Positions 37,750-52,407 of a DNA stretch of 64,000 nucleotides are shown here, piece after piece. The stretch's first letter is position 1; the number at the start of each line of letters is the position of its first letter. The translations under genes were made by a program, and so were the position numbers. Below the pieces are notes generated by a model that worked only from the letters and a program-made list of their open reading frames with translations, did no database searches and was not told where the DNA came from. The DNA comes from Octopus sinensis (Eukaryota), in contig NC_042997.1 of assembly GCF_006345805.1 (NCBI RefSeq), positions 185,132,001-185,196,000 of the forward strand, read 5' to 3'.

Positions 37750-39394
37750 ATATATATACGATTTGATGATTAATAAATAAGGAGATGAATACTTAGTTTG
37801 GGAGATAGACAAACAGATAGCAAGAAAGAAAGAAAGCGAAACTATAGATAAAAAGTAGATAGATAGATAGATATGAAAGGTCTCGACATCTTTAGAATGA
37901 ACAAATTTATTAAACGTATTTGCTTTTCTGGGTCCTCAAATTTCACCACTTGCAGTATATTTTAAGATCTAAATCAAGACTGAAATGTTAATTCTTAATG
38001 TAAAACTTATCTATATTTATTAAGGAAGACATTCGAGCAATTTAAATTTGAAATGTTATGATAATCTTAAAAGAAAATTGTCTATAATATAAAGACATTT
38101 ACGCTTCAATTAAAAAAAAAGCTAACACTGTTAATTTTAATTTTAATTTTTTTTTACTGGCGGTGCCCCACCATAGTCAAATCCTTTGGGCAGAAACACA
38201 CACACAAAAAAAAAATAAGATTGCGAAACGTGCTGACTTTTTCAGTAACCATGTTTTACTTTCGATATAACTGATGCAGCTACGTGGTAGACAACTGTTA
38301 TGCTAAACATGACGTTCTCCATTTTTCAAAATCTCATTGCCTCTAAATATCCACGTAGTTCTGTTACAACCGTACAACCATATCGCACAAGCAACATAAT
38401 TGGGATAATATCATACACAGGCCCAAGGCCCATATCCTGTTTTAAACAAACAAATATATCAGTGTGCGGCCTGATAAATTCTCTGAGTTTACATACTCCG
38501 TTCTTGCACCTTGTGTTATACAGGTGGTTGACTAGCAGAGGTAATCGATTGAAGGAATGTGGAACAAAGAACTTGTGGCGATAGTGTTCTTTTGTTTGTG
38601 TATGTGGTGTATGGGAGAATGAGTGCATCTGTGTGTTGGGGGGGGGAGTGCACGCGTCTGTGTGAGTGTGTGTGTTCGCTGAGTTCAAATTTAGCCGAGG
38701 GCAACCTTCACAGTGCCAACGTGGATAAATAATGTAGCAGTTAAGTACTGATGCCAATTTTTCTCTCACTCAAAATCTGCTACGTTGTACAGTTTGAAGG
38801 TTGCGAGAGACCACCCACAGTTTCCTTGTATAAAAAAGCTTCCCATGCAACATGCTATAAAAATCGTCTATGGAAACCAGCAACGTAGACTAATATATAT
38901 CTACCATAAACACTTAATATATTATATCCAAAATCTCCTAAGGCCACCTAACTATCACTATTCTTCTCCCTCATCATAATCATCATCACCACAAGAAATT
39001 CACACATAAATAAACAACGTAAAACCATTATTTTAATCTTGAAAATTGTCCCAACAGAACATTTCCATACTAAAAGGAATCAATGTTTGTAAACTCCAGC
39101 AAATCCATAAACATCATCATATTACAGAACATATATCTGAAAGAAAAAAAAAAGATTATAAAACGAACGTAAAATGATACAAAATATAAAACTTATTTTT
39201 ACGTAATTCAAATAAACAAAATGTATGGAAGTGAGGTCAATTTCAAACTTAATACACAAAACAGCACACACTATAGAAATAGAAACCACCATCAAACAAC
39301 TAAAGAAGGAAGAAACAAAGAAATTAGAGGAGAAAACTTGGAAACGACAAAACAGTGAAGTACTATATATATATGTGTTTGTGTGTGTGCGTGG

Positions 39395-39425
<31 letters not shown>

Positions 39426-40025
39426 ACTCCAAGAAAGTTAGGGGTTGTGTGTCCAACCCACTAAGGGATAATATCTATCCAATATACTGCTGGTAGAATA
39501 CCCAATTATTAATACACAATTGTTTTTTATTGCATTGCAATTACATTACATTGTGTATTAAATGGGTGAAGGTAAAGAGATATTTTACCATTAATTTACA
39601 TTGCAATTAAGAAAATGGAGGAGAACAATAGTTGGTTCATCAACTTTAGGATATCAAAAATGTTAACTTATTTATTTATTAACACTGCATATGTCATAAT
39701 AACATCATAATAACATCAGAGCACAAACTCCGCTTAACTACAAACATCAAGAAAAGACTGAGATTTTGTCGACAAAACCCATACAAAAATACAAAACAAA
39801 AACTCCAAAGGAACGGACAAGACAAATATGTACATCTTGCGTTGTCCACAATGTAGAAAAAGCACTTCTTTTGTCAGTTACTTACAATCTACACTTCTCT
39901 TGAAACTAAAACAAACGACAATACATTCCCACTTGGACAAAACTTTCGAATAACTTCATCGTTATTCTCTTACAAATTATTCAAAGTTTCTTTCAGAATC
40001 AACACAAAAGACTGGTTCCCATATG

Positions 40026-40412
40026 GATGGAAGCACTCCGTCAGTTACGACGACGAGGGTTCTGGTTGATCCGAATCAACGGAACAGCCTGCTCGTGAAA
40101 TTAACGTGTAAGTGGCTGAGCACTCCACAGACACGTGTACCCTTAACGTAGTTCTCGGGGATATTCAGCGTGACACAGAGAGTGACAAGGCCGGCCCTTT
40201 GAAATACAGGTACAACAGAAACAGGAAGTAAGAGTGAGAGAAAGTTATGGTGAAAGAGTACAGCAGGGATCACCACCATCCCCTGCCGGAGCCTCGTGGA
40301 GCTTTAGGTGTTTTTCGCTCAATAAACACTCACAACGCCCGGTCTGGGAATCGAAACCGCGATCCTATGACCGCGAGTCCGCTGCCCTAACCACTGGGCC
40401 ATTGCGCCTCCA
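40026..40412 (-). mobile_element. SINE family C with TSD
   Basis: Reverse complement of 10160-10546; TSD ggttcccatat. Confidence 0.9.
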
Positions 40413-41869
40413 CGGTTCCCATATACATATCAGAGCGCCTAGGCTAAGTAGTATACAAGGAAAACACCTCTAAGTTTTGCAATTTCCCGAATGGATTACT
40501 ATCCGTTATCACATCCACATATTTTAGTCCGCATTAGGCACACGAACTTTCCATCCCACTTATATGTATATGTGCGTGCGTATATGTTTGACCCCCCCCC
40601 CAGCATCACTTGAAAACCGATGCTGGTGTGTTTATGTTCCCGTAACTTAGCGGTTCGGGAAAAAAGACTGATAGAATAAGTTCTAGGCTTACAAAGAATA
40701 AGCTCTGGGGTCGATTTGCTCGACTATAAAGGCGGTGCTCAAATGACTGAAGCAAGTAAAAGTGATTAAAAAGAGATATATTTGTAGATTAACAGGAGCA
40801 ATGCTCTTTTGTATTAGATCATAACCGTAGTACAGATGCAAAGAATACAAATGTAGAATTTTTACTTACATTTCTTTGTGGAGAAATATGCAGATACATC
40901 TTGATATAAATATTCTAGCTCATGCGCGCACGCACATGAAGGCACGCGATCATTCACTCACAAACCTACACGTTTTGACGTATAACGATTTTCATAAATT
41001 TGTAAACGAGGAGCTATCATTTATGAAATAGTGAGCTCCCAGTTTTTTTTTTTGTTTGTTTCTTTAAATTATCTGCAATTACGCGCATTTACATGCTTCA
41101 TGAAAAGAAACATTATTTAGATTTATTAATTAATTTTTATCATGAAAGGCAATGGGAGATTACTCCATAGGCCATATGAAATTTTAAAATCCTTCTCTTC
41201 ATGAATTCATGTGTGTGCGCGTATGCATATATATGTGTGTGTGTGTATGATAGTATGTATGTATTCTGCAAATTCATGTGTTTGTCTGTGCATGTCTATG
41301 TGTTTGTGCGTGTCCGTGTGTGTGTGCGCGTATTTGGGTGTGGACCTCTGTCTCCTTGTATGCGCGTGTTTGTGTGTGTCTATGTGTATGGTTTATAATT
41401 TGATATTTTTCCATCACACACCCGCTATCTTATCCAATTCTCTCTAAACGCCCACTGACATCACAAGCTACACATCTTCTCAAAAGTAAACTCAAAACAC
41501 AATCGTGAATATACATGAACGTTGTAGAACATTTATGCATACAATGTAAATTTCTTTTCTCACGAATATTTATTACATGTATCTGTTTGTATTCTACAAA
41601 TGCTCTTTCAGCGTCTCTGTCTAGGACTAACTGTATTATCTTTGCTGTATAATTATGGTCTTCATTAAAGTCAGTAATTCAATTCCCATATCTTTCTTTC
41701 AGCAATTAATTCGGTCACTTGTTTCAACTTCCATTATTAATGCTACATGCATACGTACATAAATACTGCAAACATATATATTCAGACATTTAATAATAAT
41801 AAAAGTTAAACACACGCATGATTTCATGACTTCATTATTATTATCATTATTATTAGAGTTGTAGTTGTT

Positions 41870-41874
41870 GTTGA

Positions 41875-41917
<43 letters not shown>

Positions 41918-42339
41918 TTGTTGTTGTTGTTGTTATTATTACTATTGTTATTATGTTCATTAAGTCAGCGAACTGGAAGAATTGTTAGCATACCGGGCGA
42001 AATGCTTAGCGTATTTCGTCCGCCTTCACGTTCCGAGTTCAAATTTCGCCGAGCTCGACTTCGCCTTTCATCATTTCGGGGTCAATAAATTAAGTACCAG
42101 TGAAATACTGGAGTTGATGTAATCGACTTATCCCCTTCCCGAAAATGGCTGCCCTTGTGGCAAAATTTGAAGCCATTATTAATGTGCCGAACTGGCAGAA
42201 TCTTTACCATGCCGAGCAAAATGTGTATTTCATCTCTTTTTACGTTGAGTTTACTTTGCCTTTCATCCTTTCGGGGTCCATGAAATAATTGACTTATCGT
42301 CACTACAAATTTCGGGCCTTGTGCCTACAGTAGAAAGGA

Positions 42340-42401
<62 letters not shown>

Positions 42402-42825
42402 TTGTTGTTGTTGTTGTTATTATTACTATTGTTATTATGTTCATTAAGTCAGCGAACTGGAAGAATTGTTAGCATACCGGGCGAAATGCTTAGCGTATTT
42501 CGTCCGCCTTCACGTTCCGAGTTCAAATTTCGCCGAGCTCGACTTCGCCTTTCATCATTTCGGGGTCAATAAATTAGTACCAGTGAAATACTGGAGTTGA
42601 TGTAATCGACTTATCCCCTTCCCGAAAATGGCTGCCCTTGTGGCAAAATTTGAAGCCATTATTAATGTGCCGAACTGGCAGAATCTTTACCATGCCGAGC
42701 AAAATGTGTATTTCATCTCTTTTTACGTTGAGTTTACTTTGCGTTTCATCCTTTCGGGGTCCATGAAATAATCGACTTATCGTCACTACAAATTTCGGGC
42801 CTTGTGCCTACAGTAGAAAGGATCA

Positions 42826-42830
<5 letters not shown>
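41870..42830. repeat. Recent ~480-bp tandem duplication of composite SINE-B fragments bounded by (ATT)n
   Basis: 41915-42342 is nearly identical to 42398-42825. Confidence 0.9.
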
Positions 42831-42883
<53 letters not shown>

Positions 42884-42919
42884 TATCATTATTATTATTA
42901 TGGTTGTTGTTGTTGTTGA

Positions 42920-43340
42920 TATTTATGTTTGACTTTTGCTTTACATTTGTACAAGTTTGGCTCTACGTCCTATCCAGAGCCCTCAAGAGACAACAACGTG
43001 GAAGTTCATGTTGGTGTTATGCCTAGGGTGCCATACATTTGGTTTTGTATATAGTGTTGTCCTAGAGAATGTTTAAGAACCATAAGAAAATTATGTGTTT
43101 GTTTTAAAACTTGAGATTACATAGAATGTATTTTGCGTAGGATATGTGCAGTTCCCATGAGCACTATCTTTTGAATTTCTGTCATTTTGGGGTTTCCAGG
43201 CATCTGACCTAGGTAGCAATCAGCCCCTTTGCTATTATTCCCAGGGCACCTATGACAATAGGTATTGTTTTAGTCTTCAAGTTCCACATTTTTTGCTAAT
43301 TTCTATTTCAAGATCTTTATACTTGCTTAGTTTTTGGTAG
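42920..43340 (-). mobile_element. R4/Dong-like LINE 3' end
   Basis: YQKLSKYKDLEIEISK...PIVIGALG...PGNPKMTEIQKIVLMGTAHILRK; 3' UTR similar to 8590-8830. Confidence 0.8.
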
Positions 43341-43374
43341 GTTCTTCTTCTTCTTCTCTTCTTCTTCTTCTTCT

Positions 43375-43504
<130 letters not shown>

Positions 43505-44138
43505 ATTACAAGCTGACACAATCGTTAGCACGCCGGGCGAAATGCTTACTCCCCTTGCACCAAATTTCAGGCCTTGAGCCTATTGCAGAAATAATTATTA
43601 TTATGGTTACTATTATTATTACTACTACTACTAACGTGGTGAACTGGCAGGATCGTTACAGTACCGGACAAAATGCTTAGCGGCATTTCGTGAATCTGTA
43701 CGTTCTGAGTTCAAATTCCACCGAGGCTGACTTTGCCTTTCATCTCTCGGGTTCGATAAAATAAGTTCAAGTTAATCACTGGCGCCTTTGTAATCGACGT
43801 ACCCCCTCTCCCAATATTTCCGGGCTTGTGCTTATAGTAGAAAGGATTATTATTATCATTAATGCAGCAGGCAGAATCGTTAGCATACTGGACGAAATGC
43901 TTACGGGTTTTTTGTCTGTCTTCATGTTCGGATTTGTCATTCCGCCAAGATCAACCTTGTCTTTCATCCTTTCAGTTGAGGAAATAAGAACCGGTTAATC
44001 ACTGGGCTCAATGTAAGCTGGTAGTCTCCTGAACTAAAAAGAAAACGAAAAGCATAGGCCTTGTGCCTACTAAGGAAAGAATCATTGGTTATCGCTTACG
44101 TAAGCAGTTAATAAGTTATCTTCAGCTCAACTGCTTAT

Positions 44139-44550
44139 GTATTTCTTTATTGCCAGGGGGCTAAACACTGAGAAGACAAACAAGGACAGACAAACGGATT
44201 AAGTCAATTATATCGACCCCAGTGCGAATCTGGTACTTATTTAATCGACCCCGAAAGGATGAAAGGCAAAGTCGACCTCGGCAGAATTTGAACTCAGAAC
44301 GTAATGATAGACGGAATACCTATTTCTTTACTACCCACAAGGGGCTGAACACAGAGAGGACAAACAAGAACAGACAAACGGATTAAGTCGATTATATCGA
44401 CCCCAGTGCGTAACTGGTACTTATTTAATCGACCCCTAAAGGATGAAAGGCAAAGTCGACCTCGGCGGAATTTGAACTCAGAACGTAACGGTAGACGAAA
44501 TACGGCTACGCATTTCGCCCGGCGCGCTAACGTTTCTGCCAGCTCGCCGC
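44139..44550 (-). mobile_element. SINE family B head-to-tail dimer
   Basis: Second unit begins at the gtatt junction after aaagaaatag. Confidence 0.85.
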
Positions 44551-46562
44551 TTTTCAACTGCTTATAACTTATCATACTTCTGAAAATGTAATTCAATTCT
44601 TTACGCTTACTAGTTTCGATTTTCAAATTCAAATTAGAAATATTTATCAAGACAGAAAAGAGGAAAGCATCAGTACTTATAATAACGATATTTGATAATA
44701 ACGCTTCACTAACCTGCTTAAGCAACACCTTTGATCTACGCTTTTTCATGTATCTCAAACGATCTTTTCTTTATGAATACAATGGATATAAATGTCAGTA
44801 CACTTTTAAAATGTTATCTGAAAAATATTTAATTTTAATTGCTTTACAAACTAAATCGAGCAGATGAAATTACTCAAAGGCATCATCAACGTGTAAAACA
44901 ATAGTTGAGTTGGTGTAAACATATGTAAAGCTGTGGGCATCTAAATATTAATTCTCTATAATTATACGGCAGAAGAAAAGCAACATTCTTTCAACAATCT
45001 TCTTCATATATGATAATATTTAAGAGTTGCTGAAGGGGTCTCAAATGAGACTAAAACATGTATAGAGTTGTTTGCAGTACTTGCCAAAATGATTATTTAG
45101 TGAGATAATGATGTCTGTATCTTATCCCGTAATTATCATTTCCAATTGAATTGCTCACAATACTACATACGTTGACGTTATTGCGAAGTAGTGATATTCT
45201 CTTGATCAATCATTGTCTGAGCCTTCTGTTATGTTATATACATTTTGTTTTACTATAACTCTCTTGAAAATGCAAACGCAACGTATTTTCTGTTTTGTAG
45301 CTTAATAAGATCTTTAAAATTATCTAAGAAAATAACGTTTGGATTGTGCAGTTGAGGAAGTATAGATATTTAGCCGCCTTTTACGTATGTGTATGCGCGC
45401 GCTCGTATATGTTAATGATTTATAGTTCGGTTAAACGCCATCAATGGCACTTGGATACCGCTTATGAGGATCACAGCTGATAAGATTCTAGATTTGAGAG
45501 GATATATGTATGAGGTTACAGCCCTTCCGGTAACAGTATATTTGCTATAGTGTACTGATTGTCAGATTTAATATGTGGTTTCTTCTGTAACAATCTCAGG
45601 AAGTTGTTCTATGAGATGGGGCAGAAAAACAATATCACCTTTTTATTCATCTACATTTACTGCTTCGTGAACACAGCGTTCCGTGGGGCTCACTTTCAAA
45701 TATTGACTACCAGATTAGCTGCTTAAGGAGAAATGAGGAGTCGAGTTACGGTTGCTCCTCATTCGTAATTCCTCCTACCTTATCAAGGAAGAAAACTACG
45801 TGAAAGTTTGGAATCAAAGCAAATCTGTTGAATAATTTTCTTCGGCATATGTTAACACCCATGTTTCGGTATCAGCAAATTCCCACCCTTTGGCCTGGTA
45901 CTCCGTCGGTTGCCTCCACGTGCGTTCCATTTGATTCAATAAAATTAACGTGCAAGTGCCTAAGCACTCCACTGACACGCGTACCCTTCACGGAGTTCTC
46001 AAGGAGATTCAGTGTGAGAAAGAAGTGGCAATGCCGGCCCTTTGAATTAGATACAACTCATTTTTTTCAGACGAGTAGACTGGAGTAACGTGAAATGAAG
46101 TGTCTTGCCCAACTACACAGTGCACCGCCGGGAATCGAACTCACGACTGTAAGACTTTGAGCGGAGTACCCTAACCGCTAAGTCGTGCCTACCCATCCAC
46201 TACTTCCTACTAACATTCATTTATAACATTCCTTGATGGTGCCCCAGCATGACTGCATCCTTCAAGCTGAAACTAGTTTAAAGAGCTAAGGAGTTTATCT
46301 CTGTCGTCCAGGCAAAAATTTTATGCTACAAATTTGTGCCATATAGCGTTGCTAATACATTGCCCACTGACGTATTATTATTCAGTAATTATTCACATTT
46401 CTCCTCGAGCTTACAGCAATAATAACATTCAAATCCCTTTTTATTATTGTTCTAAATTCGGCTGCTTTGGCACTGCTTCCCGATCTTCTCCGCCTACCAA
46501 CAGCTAGTGGTTCGACAATCTAATTTTCTGCATTGAATATATCTATCAAAATACAGCGAAAC

Positions 46563-46652
46563 CATTATCCTTTCCATGGCTCTTGCTCTAATCCTCAACG
46601 CTGTAGCTACAAGGTCATTAAATGCCTCTACCAGCTCGTATCCGTAGACTAG
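46563..46652 (-). CDS. Candidate exon of a second unidentified gene (LVYGYELVEAFNDLVATALRIRARAMERIM)
   Basis: ctatag acceptor, gtttcg donor, 90 nt open. Confidence 0.35.
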
Positions 46653-47059
46653 CTATAGATATTTAGACAGTTCAAATAAATTTGATCTGATTTTAATATT
46701 TAACGTCTTAGAATATTCAACGACATTTATATATTTTGCACATATACCAGTAAAATATCTCTCTCATACAAATATATAAATTTGCCTTGGCTTTGTTGTC
46801 TCATTTTATTTAACCTATATATATATATATATATATAGTAATTGCAGCGTAGAAGGCGTTTATAAGCCATTTAAAAACACACAAAAACCGTTCGATTCAC
46901 TTCAACATTTAAAATTAATTTGTCAAAATATTTTCGTTGCTTTGAAACTTATTTTTAAAGAGTTAATTAGGTATCTATTTTCTATATATTAGTTCATTTA
47001 CTTATTCAGCTATAGATTTATATTTAGTTATATGTTTATACATTTATTATACTAGTGTA

Positions 47060-47275
47060 CCCTTTACTCTCTTTTACTTGTTTTAGTCATTTGACTGTTG
47101 CGATGCTAGAGCACCGCCTTTTAGTCGAGCAAATTGACCGCAGGACTTATTCTTTGTAAGCCTAGTACTTATTCTATCGGCCTCTTTTGCCGAACCGCTA
47201 AGTTACGGGAACTATACACATCAGCATCGGTCGTCAAGCGATGTTGGGGGGACAAACACAGAGACAAACATACAC

Positions 47276-47330
<55 letters not shown>

Positions 47331-47483
47331 CATATATACGACAGGCTTCTTTCAGTTTCTGTCTACCAAATCCACTCACAAGGCTTTGGTCGGCCCGAGG
47401 CTATAACAGAAGACACTTGCCCAAGGTGCCGCGCAGTGGGACTGAACCCAGAACCATGTGGTTGGTAAGCAAGCTACTTACCA
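47060..47483 (-). mobile_element. SINE family A
   Basis: Family match. Confidence 0.9.
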
Positions 47484-47836
47484 TGTAAATTTTTGAATAT
47501 ATATACGAAGGATTTCTAGGTATGAATGCGTTCATTTTACATTCAACGATGTGCTGTAATTATTTTTTCTTTGCTGAATACTTTGACGTTATATTTCCTG
47601 AAGAAAAACAACGTACAAAGAGAGCATCACTAAGGAACAAAAAGACACGAGTGTAGAACGAAACAACTTGATGAATTTTATTTTATTGAATCACATTCTT
47701 CAGGAATGGTGAAATATATGGGAATATCAATAAACGAATAAAGTTTCTGAAGTTTACATATAGCTTCCATTTCTCTTGAAACATGTTGCAGAGATTTATG
47801 AAATATTTTGTCACTAGAGTTTCCCAATATCTATAC

Positions 47837-47915
47837 TGTTGCCGCTGTCACTATAAAGAAGAGCAAGATTAACAGCGATGAGGACAATAACGAACACGTC
47901 AATCTCTTCTGGTTC
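47837..47915 (-). CDS. Candidate transmembrane-encoding exon (NQKRLTCSLLSSSLLILLFFIVTAAT)
   Basis: aatag acceptor, gtatag donor; phase-0 end fits the exon at 46652. Confidence 0.3.
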
Positions 47916-48744
47916 CTATTAATTTGAAGGTTTTCAAACAGATGTCTTGCGATGCGCGATTCTATGAGACTAGCTGTGTTTACTACTGAGACTCAGTTTC
48001 TAACCCCCTTTTATAATTAGTAGCAGCAACGCTATTATTTGGTTGAGGACCACATTAGACTAGAAATAACCAAATAAACACTGACGTTATCAAAACCGCT
48101 AAACCACCCCTCCAGAAAAATGTAGCAAAAACAAAAGAAAAATAAGGAAATATCGGAAGAGAACCAACGACGACGGCAGAACAAATAACAAATCCGGAGT
48201 GTTTAAGAGATTTTCTTACAGCTTATTTTATCCGTCTGCTCTTAGTTTATTTTCAACCAATGGCCGTTAAATATTTACGCGTAGATGAACTAGGAACATT
48301 CCATTGCGTTCATGATCTTTTTCGTCGACATTTTATCCTCTTGTCTTGCTGTTGTTCTCTGTTGGTAAAAACTGTCGTCTGTAATCTATTCCAGATTGTT
48401 TTACTTGAATGGTTTTTATCTGGAATATAAACTCGGAAAGAATGTAGGGTATGTTAGATGACAAAAACAAACCTGGGTGTTGAGAGACTTTGGGAGGAGA
48501 AAGAAAAAAAATTGCCAGCTTTTTCTTATAACGATAAAATGTAAAGCAGACAATGATCTTTGCCTAAAGCAGCGTTGGGACTTGACAATGTTCACGAAGC
48601 ATGTGTATGTTTACTCAAACAAACATAGGAAATATATAGAAACTGATTTCCAGAACTATAACAAACACGCATATATGTATATGGCCTCTTTCTCGTTCTC
48701 TCTCCTTCTCTCTCTCTTTCCCAATCTCTCTTCATACACGCACT

Positions 48745-48792
<48 letters not shown>

Positions 48793-48889
48793 TGGTGGTA
48801 TATGTATGGTGTCAACGATTTCCGCTTATTTTTTTTCTCAATTCTCAAACTGCCTCATAAACACAAATACACTCATACACAAACAAGCA

Positions 48890-49445
48890 CGTGTACGTAC
48901 GTATGTATGTATTGTATGTATGTATATGTATGTATGTAGTATGTATGTATGTATGTATGTATGTATGTATGTATGTACGTATGTATGTATGCAGTATGTA
49001 TGTATGTAGTATGTATGTATGTAGTATGTAGTATGTATGTATGTATGTATGTAGTATGTAGTATGTAGTATGTATGTACGTATGTATGTATGCATGTATG
49101 TATGTATGTAGTATGTATGTATGTATGTATGTATGTATGTATGTATGTATGTATGTATGTACGTATGTATGTATGCATGTATGTATGTATGTAGTATGTA
49201 TGTATGTATGTATGTATGTATGTATGTATGCATGTATGTATGCATGTATGTATGTATGTATGTATGTATGCATATATGTATGTATGTATGTATGCATGTA
49301 TGTATGTATGTATGTATTGTATGTATGTATGTAAGTATGTATGTATGTATGCATGCATGCATGCATGCATATAAGTATGTATGTATGTATGCATGTATGT
49401 TTGTATATATGTACGTATTATGTATGTACGTATGTCTTTATGTAT
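48890..49445. repeat. Long degenerate (TATG)n microsatellite
   Basis: Direct inspection. Confidence 0.95.
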
Positions 49446-49663
49446 ACAAAATGTTTCTGTACGATTTCTGTCTACCAAATTCACTTACAAAGCATTGGTT
49501 GACTGGGAGCTATAGCACAAGACATTTATCCAAGCCATTTGAAATCACGTGTTTGCCAACTGAAATTTTTAACTACACAGCGATTCTCATGCCCTATATA
49601 CATATGTGAGTGTACGTGTGTGTCTGTGTGAATACGGACACCTTTGTGTGTTTATAGTTATGC

Positions 49664-49694
<31 letters not shown>

Positions 49695-49732
49695 AATGTA
49701 TGTTTATGAGTGTTTGTGCGTGTGTGTATATG

Positions 49733-49814
<82 letters not shown>

Positions 49815-49819
<5 letters not shown>

Positions 49820-50161
49820 ATAAAGGGTGAAATTAATTTATAATTAATAATCTTACCAAGTAACGCGGTATGTTAAAAGAACTATTACCGGTAAACTTAT
49901 ACAAAAATTATTATAATTATAAACATAATTATAATTAGGGCTTGGCAAAAATTTGCTTCAAAACATGCCGAAATTTAGAAATAGCAGTTAAATACTATTT
50001 CACTACCATAATAGTTAAAACTAATTATTTCACTGTCTGGGAGATTTTCGTATGGTAGTGAAATAGTTAGTTTTAACTGCTATTTCTAAATTTCGTTATG
50101 TGGTGAAGCAAATTTTTGCTGAACCCTAATTAGAATTATACTCATAATTATAAAATTTTTG

Positions 50162-50165
<4 letters not shown>
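49815..50165. mobile_element. (TA)n-embedded element with internal inverted duplication
   Basis: 49900-50010 is inverted at 50050-50163; 5' part resembles 33410-33570. Confidence 0.7.
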
Positions 50166-50237
<72 letters not shown>

Positions 50238-50304
50238 ATTTTCCTTTTTAATGATACATTGCTAAACCGCTGCCTACTTTAGTTACGTATAAACCCCATA
50301 GATA

Positions 50305-50715
50305 TACTCTTTACTCTTTTACTTGTTTCAGTCATTTGACTGCGGCCATGCTGGAGCACCGCGTTTAGTCGAACAAATCGACCCCGGGACTTATTCTTTG
50401 TAAGCCCAGTACTTATACTATTGGTCTCTTTTGCCGAACCGCTAAGTGACGGGGACGTAAACACACCAGCATCGGTTGTCAAGCAATGCTAGGGGGACAA
50501 ACACAGACACACAAACATACACACACACATATATATATACATACATATACACGACGAGCTTCTTTCAGTTTCCGTCTACCAAATCCACTCACAAGGCTTT
50601 GGTCGGCCCGAGGCTATAGTAGAAGACACTTGCCCAAGATGCCACGCAGTGGGACTGAACCGGAAACCATGTGGTTGGTAAGCAAGCTATTTACCACACA
50701 GCCACTCCTACGCCA
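50305..50715 (-). mobile_element. SINE family A
   Basis: Full-length match. Confidence 0.9.
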
Positions 50716-51431
50716 TATGTGTACATAAAAACACACTTTTGTATGTATATATGTGTGGGTGTGTTCATGCAAATGTGTGTGCGTTCGTGTTTGTGTGTGC
50801 ATGTGTGTGTGTGTTTGTGCTTGCGTATGCAAATAAATATTGAACACACTTCAAAACATCAACTCATCAAAATAAAATAATATTTTATTACATTTTGAAT
50901 GTCTATAAATATAAGAAAGACCAAGTATTGGGGTATATGAAAGTGATACCCAAGGACGACCGTAGTCTCACTCTTTCAGTTATGAGAGTGCGGTCATGCT
51001 GGAGCACAATCTTGAAGAGATTTAGGCGAACGACCCCCATCCCTCCCCAGTACCTAATCTTTTTTAGGTGAGGTACTTCTACTCTCGGGCTCTTTTGCCG
51101 AGTCACAGGTTACTGGAACGTAAACATATCAACACCGGTTGTCAAGTACTGTTGAGGGCCGAAATAACACAATGACACACACTCTCTCTCTCACACACAC
51201 ACACATACACACCCGCATTAGCACATATAATGCACTCACACGCGCACACACACATACTCACACACACTCTCACACTCACACAGACACAGAGATACAACGA
51301 GCTTCTTTCAGTGTCTGTTAGCAAATCAAGCCACAAGGCTTTAGTAGGCCCGACGCTGTAGCAGAAGACATCTGTCTATGATGCCTCGCAGTGGAACTGG
51401 TTCTGGAATCATTTGGTTGGTGAAGTAAACT

Positions 51432-51832
51432 TCTTTATTTATTGCCCAAAAGGGGCTAAACATAGAGGGAACAAATAAGGACAGACAATGGACAGACAAC
51501 GACAGACAAGTCGATTACATCGACCACAGTGCGAAAGGATAAAAGGCAAAGTCGACCTCGGCGAAATTTGAGCTTTGAACGTAACAGCAGACGAAATACC
51601 TATTTCTTTACTACCCACAAGGGGCTAAACACAGAGGGGACAAACAAGGACAGACAAACGGATTAAGTCGATTATATCGACCCCAGTGAGTAACTGGTAC
51701 TTATTTAATCGCCCCCGAAAGGATGAAAGGGTAAGTCGACCGCGGCGGAATTTGAACTCAGAACGTAGCGGCAGAGGAAATACGGCTAATCATTTAGCCC
51801 GGCGTGCCAACGTTTCTGCCAACTTGCCGACT
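51432..51832 (-). mobile_element. SINE family B dimer nested in an old family-A copy
   Basis: Same internal junction; gaagtaaac duplicated at both flanks. Confidence 0.8.
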
Positions 51833-52407
51833 TAAGAAGTAAACATCTTACCATCCTGGCACACCTACACCTATACATCCAAATATGATCAGTTATCATT
51901 ATTTGATTTGTTGCCAAAATGTGATAAGCATCACACATTATTTATTCAATCCGTAGAACAATTTTATTCTTCTTTAAAACAAGTGATATTTTAATCAAGT
52001 TACATGGAAAAGCACGTGATATTTCCCCGTTATTAATATCATAGGCATAAAGTACCGAAGACCAAGAATATTCATGCAAATATCCATCCATCTTTCCATC
52101 CACCTGTATGCGTGTGTGATGTAAGTATGTGTGTATCCTCTGTATGTGTGTCTCCGTGGTCGTGTCTGTGTTATGTGTATGAAAGCAAATGATAGCAAAT
52201 GATAGCAAATTCTTTCATGCAGACAGAATTTTAATTTGTCAATCTTAACGTGTTTCTCAAATATAAACATTCCTGTCTACATGTTTATACGTAAAATTAT
52301 GTGTGCGTGTGTTTGTGTGGGTATAGCATAACCAAAATCAACTTTGCTTTTGTCAAAGCGAATCTCTAGGAAAAGCACTATTGCGTTCTCAGTAACATGG
52401 TCTTGAC

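Noticed and set aside
38326-38769. 147-aa minus-strand ORF
   Set aside because: Partly microsatellite, with no recognisable motif or convincing splice context; the region may be decayed LINE sequence
48838-49609. Long ORFs (HTYI/MYVC repeats) and similar YI, poly-I and poly-L ORFs throughout the window
   Set aside because: Translations of stop-free microsatellites
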